Shown: positions 28,101 to 40,100 of the stretch, in pieces
Layout: every line of letters starts with the position of its first letter
How positions within the stretch are numbered: position 1 is the stretch's first letter
Assembly (NCBI RefSeq): GCF_964355755.1
Contig: NC_092677.1
Location: 25,345,175 to 25,409,174, forward strand
Direction of reading: 5' to 3'
Source of the DNA: Antedon mediterranea
Lineage: Eukaryota > Animalia > Echinodermata
Length of the DNA: 64,000 nt
Position numbers and translations under genes: made by a program
The notes under the pieces: model-generated
What the model was told of the DNA's origin: nothing
Databases searched by the model: none
Seen by the model: the letters and a program-made list of their open reading frames with translations, nothing else

Positions 28101-31100
28101 TTAGTAACACAAAAACTTTGCTACTCCAAATATATCAATTATACATGATTGTTGGAAAATAAAATGTGGATATTATCAGGTTGTCTGAAAAAAACAAAGA
28201 AAAATAAACATCTAAAACACTTACCATGATCGTATACATGTAGTTGCCAAGTTCCCACAGGCTTTTCACCCCAACACCTAACTGTTGAAAAACTCCAATC
28301 TTTAAAACCATCACTAGAACTATAAGAAATACAAGCTAATGGTTAGTTACAAAATGAAACTTTATGGATCATGTCAAAATAGTTCTACTACATTTTGTTT
28401 ATATTTTTTTAAGGTTTGCATGGCAAAATCCACTGTTGATATAAAGTTTGCGGTACACCATAGATATATAGTTCTGGAAAGAACTGTTGAGTTTCTTGAC
28501 AGTTCAATCAATATGTTTTGATCTGGACTTTCTACATTCTCACTTCTGAAGACGATCAAATTATCGAAACGTCGAGAAACTCAAACATTTTCAGAACTAT
28601 ATATACGTACATGGTGTACCAAAGTCATGTGGGAATTGATCTTTCGTGGTCGCTGCTAAAAAATTTTGGAACTCTTTGCCTTTGGTGATTCGTGAGTCTC
28701 CCTCCGTTTCGATCTTCAAAGCTCACTTGAAGACTCACTTGTGTGAATTCATTATTTTTTCATATACATTTTATTTTTCGTTAGGCAGGATAGTCAGATG
28801 CTCACATCATTATGACACTTGTGAATAAATAGCTAGCTTGTCTTGACAAGTTAGTGAAACAGTGTGGTGATGTGAGATTCCGTTTTTTTTAACTTTTTTT
28901 TCTGTTGTCTTGGTCAATTTATTCGGTTTTCTTAGGCATTTCATGGTTTATTTTACATCAACATTTTCATTTTCACACTTGTGCTAAACATCGCATAGAG
29001 ACTATTTGTATTTTGCGCTATATAAATTTAAAACCATTAAACCATTACTGCAAACATTAAATCTAAATTTTGTTTACTGTACGATTTCAATGTAGAGGTT
29101 TATGAGGCAGTCAATCAAATAAACCATGTATAATTACATAATAATTGCATAATAGTTTTAAAGAGTAAATAAAATATAGTACTGCAGTTAAACTCCAGTA
29201 GAACAATTTTTTTTATCAAGAAAATACCACAGCGCCATTCATTTTTGCAACTGGATATAGAATGCCTAAATGTATGGTGTGCCATCAAGGACAAATACCA
29301 TTTGGCTTCAGTCATCAAATTGCATCTTTCTAATGCTCTGTTGACACTATCAAACTAGTTTGACAAAAAAAATATGATGTGCCCAAATATGGTAGTGATG
29401 ATGTCCATATATAGGCACATCACATTTTGTTGTTACATAAAGTTTGATAGTGTAGACCGAGCTTTAGAAAATATGCACTGAATAAAAACAAGCCTTTTAT
29501 CAACTTACAGATCTTTGTTTCGTTTAGCACCAATAACGGATTTTGTTCCACTTGGACAGAACAAGACAATCTCTAAATCGCCTCGATTTTTATGTGAAAT
29601 GGTAACCGTCACAACAACGTGTTCAACTGTTGCGCATTCCTCTTTTTCCGCAACCGATGCACTCACTAGATAAAAAAAAAGGTAGAAGTTAAAGAAAGAA
29701 CCGACATCCATAAACATGAGACAAGATAAGTGCAATGCATTTGTGTATTTTTAATTAATAAATGTTATATAAAAGTGTATACACCTGTACACACAAGAAA
29801 TGCTTATCTACCCTATTAAGGAAGACAATTGAATACACTTAACACATAAGATAATCAACAGAATCTCAACGTACATTAATATCAGTACAATAATTTATTG
29901 GATGGATGAAAAGATAACGAGCATGTGACGTTAATTGCGGTAACCTTTTAAACTAATTAGTGTATTGAAATTAGCACTGAGTTTGGAAATGACAGATAAT
30001 GGTCAGGGTAATGTACTATTTGTAATTTAAGAATATAAAGAAATCTATTCAAAATCTCAAATTATACATATTGATGAACTTCAATATACAGTATCTTGAT
30101 TAGCTTGTATTGTATAATTATATAAATTGTTTTTGAAGAAATTAATTTAAAAAATTGATTTCAATTAAAGCTAGCTTGTTCATTGAATATTTGCATTAAG
30201 GTTTGCCATACTCAAATTCAAAGACTGGTCTCTCAGTGGGCCGGTTATGTGTGTACTAGTAGACCGGTGGAACCCCCTACTCGTCTCTAAAGATGTACTA
30301 GGTTCTTTAAAGTGCACATGAGTCAGATGTGTACATAGGACCTACGGGACCTATCCAAGAAGACTTGTTCTACCACAAGAACCATGGAGTGAGTGAGCCT
30401 GGAACCCTTGCCGATGTTATGGCTACGTATTACGGTTCTTAACCACTTGGCCACTTACTCGCTAAGTTAAAGTCCCCAATTGTTTAGGCCAATTAAAAAA
30501 CCATTAAATTATAAAAATAAAAAGTCTATATCAATATTGTTATTTTTCATAAATGAAAACATTCCATTAATTCTAGAAAGAGTATGACATTAGAAATGAA
30601 TTGAACCAAGATTTCATATTAACAAAACTTACCAAGATACGTCTGCGATACCTTCCCTTTGCCAGGAATCTTAACGTTGACACGTTGAGAATCTGAGCAG
30701 ATCGATGTCATCCACGGAACAGGAGGCCATACGCGTGCAGCATTCACGAGACGCCAGGCGTTGAGAAGCCCGAAGCCATGTTTGTGAGAATGGTGAAACC
30801 CAGCCTTATTTATATACCATTCTGCGTTGGCCTCATCAACCTTAAATTTGAAAATAGAACAATTTAATTTATAAATTTATAAATTGTCGGCCTGTATATA
30901 CAGAGTTGACTGTACACTAAAATTTTTTTTTTTTAAGTCTTATTATACATCATAAAATGCTTTTTTATCTCATAAGAAAAATCCTAATTCCTTTTGGGCA
31001 GCACGTTTTTTTAGAACAGAGCAATATGATGGCTGTTAATACTATAGATGATATTGCAAATGGATAGTTATAAAAACCCAAAAGATACCAAGTTTTGATA

Positions 31101-34100
31101 TTTCTGCTAACAATTTAATTATCTAAAGTGCTTTATAGATCCATATAGGTGATATGATCATACTCGTAAAAAGTCTTCAATAAAAACACCCAATTATCAT
31201 GATTAACAATATATTTTTAGTAACAAGATAATTTACTAAAGCCACTATGATTCTGAAACGGTAACATAAATACATAATGCTATTTTTAGTTTAAAATGTA
31301 CTACATGCGAGTATGTTTGTCCATTTGTGCTAAACGACATTGAGTAAATAAAGCTCTGTCTACACTATGAAACTTTATGTGACAAACAAATGTGATGTGC
31401 CCATATATGGACATGATGATGTCATATCACTACCATATTTGGGCATATCACTACCATAATTGGGCACATTACACTAGTTTGATAGTGTAGACAGAGCTTT
31501 ACATCTGTGTGGAATTTGAAAGTTGCAGGATAATTTAATAACAATAAAGAAGGGAAAGAAATACATTTGCGTTTCTTCCTAAGATAGTGTTTATAATTAT
31601 ATTTGTCAGAAATTATACTCGGTTAAAGCAAATCTGATTCCATATAGAACTATTCAACAGCATTCATTCTATAAGTGGCACATACAATTTTGTAATATTT
31701 AATTACTCGTAGAAATGTTTTCCTAGATTTTGGTAGATAAATTAGATCTGAGAATCCCTAGGGGATAATGGAATGCTTAGGGAATATCGTGTGATTAACT
31801 ACGGAACACACGGAGGAATTTCCTAAAGAACTGGAAATAAAGCAGACATCCTGAAGGGGGCCTATAGTACTGGAGACTTCAAAGTGTAGAATATTACAAG
31901 ATGGAGGGCACACTGGAGTGGAGTTGTGGCTTTCGGAGTGGAGTGGTGTTTGGTGGTTATGATGCTTGGCTACCAATCCAAGGGTCCTGTGTTTAAGTCC
32001 TGTCATATGTCAGGATTTTTTATAATGGCAAATTACAACTCCATTTGTAATTAGACTTTGTTTATGTAGAAAATCTAGTGTATATGTTTGTCTTGTGAAC
32101 GGGATTGCCACCTTTAAGAAGGATAGTGAATGAATTCACTTATCCTTGCCAGTATGTCTAAATAAATACATTCAAACAAAATAAACTTGGGACTCTATTT
32201 GATATGAAAGATTCTTATAATATTATAGTTACATGACATATTCATTATTTCAATCTTTTGAAAGAATGATAGTGAACGAATTCGCTTATGGCTATCGTTG
32301 GCAATTTGCCTAATATATATGTAAAAATACTAAATAAGTAATTTACCTTAACTGAAGTGAAAACAATGATGTGTTGTATGTCACGCCACGTGAGGCAAAC
32401 TCTGGCTTCTAACATCAATCCGATGATACCAGCTGCTAACGGAGCTGCTGCCGAGGTACCGGTATGAGATTCGGTGCAGCCGGTTCCATGACCCGACGTC
32501 CAATCAGTTGTTACCTTTAAAAAAACACAAAAATGTGTACTACTGAGTAGGATGCCATAATGGTAAGGGATATTGGATTAACTTTCAGAGTCACACTTTC
32601 ATTGGATCGTATTTAAAGCTCTGTCTATACTATCAAACTTTATGTGACAAAAAAATGTGATGTGCACATATATGGACATGATGATGTCATATCACTACCA
32701 TATTTTGGTATATCACTACCATATTTGGCCACATCACACTTTTTTTGTCAAAATTGTTTAATAGTGTAGACAGAGCTTTAGATTGAGGACAAATTTCGTT
32801 TTTGTAAAAGCACAAGTTAACGGAGTACTTACTCGAACGTTTCGATCTCTATCAGAGATCCTTCTCAACTGACTGCGGAGTGTTAATGCAGCTTGGTCAT
32901 TCTTGACGTCATCTGTTGATGACGTCGTACGCCTCCGTGGCGTACGACATCATCAACAGATGACGTCAAGAATGACCAAGCTGCATTAACACTCCGCAGT
33001 CAGTTGAGAAGGATCTCTGATAGAGATCGAAACGTTCGAGTAAGTACTCCGTTAACTTGTGCTTTTACAAAAACAAAATTTGTCATCTATACAAAATCGA
33101 AGCTAAATGAAATTCTTTCAAGAGAGCTTTAGATTGTTTGTAAATCTTATACATGAATCTTTAATTAAGTATCTATATATTTTTTTAATTGATTTGATTT
33201 CAACGTAAATGTGTGAATTTAAACATGCAGAAAAAAAATAATCCTTACTATACTTCGTAGATTGCCACTACCACTGCTGAAGGTTACAGCCAACATCGCT
33301 GCACATTCCTCAGCGTAATACGGCATTCGACCCCTCTCATCAATAGCACCTATTTAACGCAAAAACATCTAAAACTAATAAACTAGTAATTATATATTTT
33401 TTGTACTACCAGATTATCAGCACTGTATCTAAATTTGTTTAGTATCAAAGGCAAATTCTGTGATACTATATCACATGTGACACATGTAAAAGCCTGTATT
33501 ATATACCGTAATCTTCCATGATACAGGCATCAACATGTCAAACACATGAGATGCCTAATACCATGATATAGCATCATATGTTTCACAAGTATCGCTAGTG
33601 TCATATAGACCATAACCTCAACCCTTAACCTTACATGATACAGGCATCACATGTGAAACACATGAGATAGGCATCACATGTGAAACACATGAGCTGCTGT
33701 ATTATGGTATTTGCCTATGATACTGGACAATGTTATATATGGAAATAATACAGCACTGAGAATAGGGTACACATAATACATAATACAGCATTTCAAGTAT
33801 ACTGTACTATTGTACATATTTAAAATATTAACACAAGCACAAGTAAATAGATTGATTCAATGTTTACATTAGCAAAGGAAAACTGAATTAGTGTATTACT
33901 CACAGAAATCAATTTAGGAATTATTGATTCGATTAACATTTTAAATGTGAGTGTTATAAAGCGATTAAAATAATTCTAATATTCATATTTCCGCTATGTG
34001 AAATATTTAGTGATGTTTGTCAGGGGTCACAGGATGTCAGGGGTCACCGGATTGTTTTTCCATGTATCATACACACTGTTTTGTGTCAGTGTCTGTCTCA

Positions 34101-37100
34101 TAGACTTCTACGTTAGACAAACTAAAGCTCTGTCTGCACTATCAAACTTCATGTGACAAAAAAATGATATGTGCCCATATATGGACATGATGATGTCATA
34201 TCACTACCATATTTAAGCATATCACTATCATATTTGGGCACATCACACTTTTTTGTCAAACTAGTTTGATAGTGTAGATGGAGCTTAAAAGCATACATTA
34301 TTACAGTAAAAATGTAGTTACTGCAATAATATGAGTAAATTGTCCTTACCAATAGTAACAGTGTATATGGAATTAGCATAACCATCAAAGTTACAGTTAT
34401 CGTTGTTTTTCCCACCATTTCCGCTGGCGACAACAAATATAGATCCGTAACCTTTCCTGCCAACAGAGACACCATGTTTGAGGGCGGTCTACATAATAGA
34501 AAAATAGGAAAAAAAAACCGGTTACGCCAACATTTATGAATGGATACACTGATCCATTATGTTATTTTGTCTCAAGTCGGAGTCCACTAACACATCTATT
34601 TCAATTTCAACTCAAATGCATGCACACTATAAATAAACATGACATCATAGACGACCAATTGGAAGTTCCTTAATATAAGTGACATCATACCTGAGCCAAT
34701 GGATGTGGACCATCTATTGTCTTCCCATCATCATCAGGACCCCAACTAAAAAATGAATTATAAAACATTACATTTTTAGATCTAATAAAGCTGTGTACTT
34801 TAACCAATAAACATACTGAAAATTGTAACAATTAACCAAAACAATATCAAGACACATGTATGCAAATTATTTACTGATCACATGTATGCAAATTATTTAC
34901 TGATCACATGTATGCGAATTATTTACTGGTCACATGTACGCAAATTATTTACTGATCACATGTATGCGAATTATTTACTGGTCACATGTATGCGAATTAT
35001 TTTACTGATCACATGTATGCAAATTATTTACTGATAACATGTATGCAAATTATTTACTGATCACATGTATGCGAATTATTTACTGATCAAATGTATGCAA
35101 ATTATTTACTGATCACATGTATGCAAGTTATTTACTGATCACATGTATGCGAATTATTTACTGGTCACATGTATGCGAATTATTTACTGATCACATGTAT
35201 GCAAATTATTTACTGATAACATGTATGCAAATTATTTACTGATCACATGTATGCAAATTATTTACTGATCACTTACCTACAGCTGTATATATCATTAATT
35301 TGCATATATTTATTAAATGCCGTTGCTTCTAGGCTGTCAGTCATTGGTCCATCTAACAACCGGACACCTGTACAGTATGCAAAAAAAAATGCAAATAATT
35401 AACACATTCATATTAAAATACTCAATGAAAACAGAGCTTTCGTTAACATATTTGACATGACTGTCATTTACATTGCTCTTGGAATTTATTTTGACCAGTT
35501 CATTGTCAGCTCAATACGAACTACACTAACATTGTAAAATTAATTATGTTCATGATACGTACGTTAGTCGTAAGGTGTGACAATATCAAATACTTATCAA
35601 TAATTACTTGATTCTAGAATTGGATCAATGCATCAAGCGGACACATGTACATGATGATGTCATATCACTACCATATTTGGGCATACAGTATCACTACCAT
35701 ATTTGGGCATATCACTACCATATTTGGGCATATCACTACCATATTTGGACACATCACACTTTTTTTGTAAATAATTACTTTTACTTAATTCTAGAATGAA
35801 TCAAGCGGACCCATATACTATATGGACATGATGATGTCATATCACTACCATATTTGGGCATATGACTACCATATTTGGGCATATCACTACCATATTTGGG
35901 CATATTACTACCATATTTAGGCACATAATCACACTTTGTTTTGTCATTAATTACTTAATTCTAGAATGAATAAATGCATCAAGCCGATTCTCACTGTTTG
36001 TTTTACTGCATTAAAAAGAAGGCACACATTAATATCTGTCATACGATGTGCTTTAGGGTGACCTATAAATAAACTACATCCTCTCATGTCACCCTTCAAC
36101 CTCATTTTTATACGAAATATCTATTACTCATTTAAACATTTACTGTTATTGTATGTTCAATACAATCTTCATAAATATATAATACAAATATATTAACATT
36201 GTAGACGTATCCTTGATTGGTTTTTCAACTTTAATTATTAAAAGCAAATCACACACGCTTTCGAGTAATGTTCTTGTATTGTCATGGAAATATTTCTTCA
36301 GGGCAATATGTATTATTGTATCATCTTTAATTAAATTATGATGAACTCATACTACAGTAACAAGAGCATTTTGTTTGCACAGAGATTTTCCGAGTTGTTG
36401 ACTCCGTGTGTATGATATATGCACATGATTGATCTTGGTAGGCCGATTAGAAATTCAATATGAGCGTAAACAAAATGTTCAACAATTATTCAACAATTAT
36501 TCGTCATTGTGTTCAGGGTGTGTTTAAATTAAAGTAACATTTTCTATAGTGTAAAGATGGATAAAGATGTTGAGTTATTAACGTAAGGGATCGTTATTCT
36601 ACTGCAGTTACTGAAGTAATTTCATGATATTTTGTTTACTCTTTACAATATCTAGCAAGCTTGTTTCCTTCAACTAAATACATGGTTGATTTCAGTGACT
36701 GCTTTAGAAAAATTCATACAAATTAACTAAAATCACAATGTTAATGGAATAAAAAAAAGACATATATTTGCTGCAGTAACTGCAGTAGAATAATGCTGTC
36801 ATGATCAGTTTGCTTTTCTGCAGTCTTGAAAACAGTCCTGAAATTTAGCAATTGTTTTTATCAATTTGACTCTTAAGCCCCTTTCACACAGAACTGTAAT
36901 AATGTATTCTTGGAGTATACAGTACATGGAATAAGCCATTACAATGCCAGTATGTTTTTTTTTTGTCAGAATGCATTAATATTACAAGGCAACTATTGTT
37001 GTATCCACCATTTGTCATGTCTTGTGTGAAATGGACTTTAGTCTTCCTTCACTTTTCTTTCCATCAAAATGTTCCATTTTGTACAAAACAAATAAATTTA

Positions 37101-40100
37101 ACATGATCCCTAACAATTAGAGTAATGTTTGCTCAACGTGTGGACATACATTCTGAAAATCGAATGTACTAAACATAGGAAATAAACATAATGTTTAAAC
37201 GTGCTACATTTCAATACCCTGGTAAAAATGTCACTTCCTTGATAGGAAATTAAAGATCATGATATCGAATGAAAGAGTTCGAAGTGTTCCAGTTGACAGA
37301 ACAATATGTGTCTGTAAAAATTGTAACATTAGTACATACATACTGCTTATCATAAAACGGTAGTTAAATTATATTGAAAACAAAATCGGTTCAATTTAAC
37401 CTTTGACCTGTAGATGTTACTACTGGCACAAATATCAGAACAACAACATATTTTGTATAGTCTCTCCCAACCCTTAGAAATATACATTTCTAATCTACTG
37501 TATCCAATAAACCTTTAACTAAAACATAAAGTAGTATTAAGCTCTGTCTACTATCAAACTAGTTTGCCCAGATATTGTAGTGCTATGCTCAAATATAGTA
37601 GTGCTATGCCCAAATATGGTAGTGCTATACCCAAATGTGGTAGTGATATGACATCATCATGTCCATATATATTTTTTTTCTAGAATTAGCAAAACATAGA
37701 ACCAAACATTTTTTTATCCTGTCAATATGAAACATTTCTTGAATTCATAAATCTTGCTCAAATGCTACAGTATTCACATTCAGCCATTATCCAGAAATTA
37801 TTATAAATGTTGTATTATATAATATCATATCATTTATTTTGCATATTATTAAAAAAACATACATAAAAACGTAACAAAACTAAATCAATGAGGCAGGATT
37901 ACTTAAAAGTTGAGAAGTTCTCAACAGAAATACTGTACATAAAATTAAGATAAAAATATTATATAAGAAAAAACCTGAAACATTCATTGAATAATTTAAT
38001 ATTTCATAAACAGCTGCATTTTGAAACAAAACCTACGAAAATAATAATAATAATATTCCATCTGTGAGGACGACAACTTAAGCCAAATTTCCTCATCTCG
38101 TCCCGCGAGAAAGAATGCAATTGTGATAATGTCATGACATAAGTGTTCCAAACTGATCTACGAAATGTATAGTGTTCCGTCTACATGTTTTATTGGAAAA
38201 ATTTAAATAAATTTAAATATTTTAGCACAGAAATAAAATGTTTTGTTCGTTTTCATTGGAACTTGAATAAAATGTATAATATTTGTAGTCATATTATGTA
38301 TCAAAGCAGATTTAAAAATGTAAGTCTATTTCATGCCTAGCTTCCCTACCTACCCATAAACCGACAATAGCCCTTTCTCCTCGAAGATTGAGGGAGAGAT
38401 ATACCTCGAAAAAGAATTTACAATTGTATTGATTGTAAATTTAAATAAAAATTGTAAATGTCAGGGGTCACGTCTGACTCCACCTCTTCTACCCATAAGA
38501 TCATGGAATTATTAGCCTCTATGCTACCAATACTGTATGTATTTATTATGCTCTGTCTACACTATTAAACTTTGACAAAAAGTGTGATAGATACTGTATG
38601 CCTAAATATGGTAGTGATATGACATCATCATATCCATACAGTTTATGGGCACATCACATTTTTTTATCACATAAGTTTGATAGTGTAGACAGAGATTTAC
38701 CCATATAGCATGGATAATACTCAATGCTGGAGATACACAATAAAGTACTACTGTACAGTCAATATTGTGGAAGAGTTAATGTGTATACAATCATATGGTT
38801 CACAGATCGCAGATTTTTAAACTCTTACACATACACTTATAGTTCACAGATTGCAGATACTGTATTTAAACTCTTACACTAATATCGCTTTCAACTCTGA
38901 ACTAGATCAACTAGCTAAGGTGCTGCAGCAATTACACGCCTGCATGAACTACTGTAAATATTGACGGTCCAAGAGGCATCATACATTACAGTAAACAATT
39001 CACAAACATCCGATGCACAAAAACAAACACTCTATTGTATGTAATGTAAACATAGTATATGGAACATATACTGTTAGCAGCCTGGATAAATTAGCAATTC
39101 TTGATCCTGTGAGCCTAACAGTACAAATCAGGCAATTCTGTGACACACATGTACTGTACTCTGTACTGAAGGGCATAAGCCTAACCATAACATAATACAG
39201 GCATCATATGTGACACTATATTATAGGCCATAAAGAACCTAACCTATAATACAGGCATCATATGTGACACTATATTATAGGCTATAAAGAACCTAACCTA
39301 TAATACATGCATCACATGTAACACTATATTACAGATGTAGGCTATAAAGCTTAACCTAACCTTAACATAATACAGGTACAGTATAACATACTCTATAACA
39401 CTGTATTGCAGAATTGCCTATGATACTGTGATATATACAGTAATGTCTTTGGTGAACACTATGGATAGATCCAATTGCTATAGGTTCTGCACTTGTTTTA
39501 ACACAGTTAAAACAAATCTATATCAATCAAGGAGACAATTTGTTGGGCCCCGAAACCGTCCTCCTATAAATAGTGTTTCTGGTTCTACTGTAATCTATAG
39601 GAGTGGCCTGTCAAAAAGGTTAATCAAATGTACTATTGGCTTCAGTCCTCAATGCCATATACTGTACATCATTTCACATGCACCAGAGTATTATGCTAAA
39701 CGCAAGTAATTTGTTCAATTACATGCACGAATCATGCGAACTGTCACTTAATAACTAACTACTATTCATTAAATGCCTTTAAAAAGATTGTTATTTTGAG
39801 TTAAAAAATTGCAATATGTTGTTCACTGTCATGCAACAAGGACCGTTTGTTCTCTATCAAACATACACTTGATAACACAGCTTGTACCATTCTTTTGTGT
39901 TTTAGCTGCTCTTATCATCTTATGGTTAAAAACCGAACAAAAGTCATAAGTGGGTGGTGTTATCAGTTTAATCTTTCCTTTTTTTTTATTAATATAAGGA
40001 GATAATTATGTAGTAATGTACTTTAAGACTAGCTCTGTGAACAGCTAAGAAGAACAAAAACAATCATCACGTGCCACTTATACCTGGATAAACCAATTAA

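Noticed and set aside
34149-34475. 108-aa ORF as an independent gene
   Set aside because: Wrong-frame reading of PCSK7 exon 7 running into a MITE.
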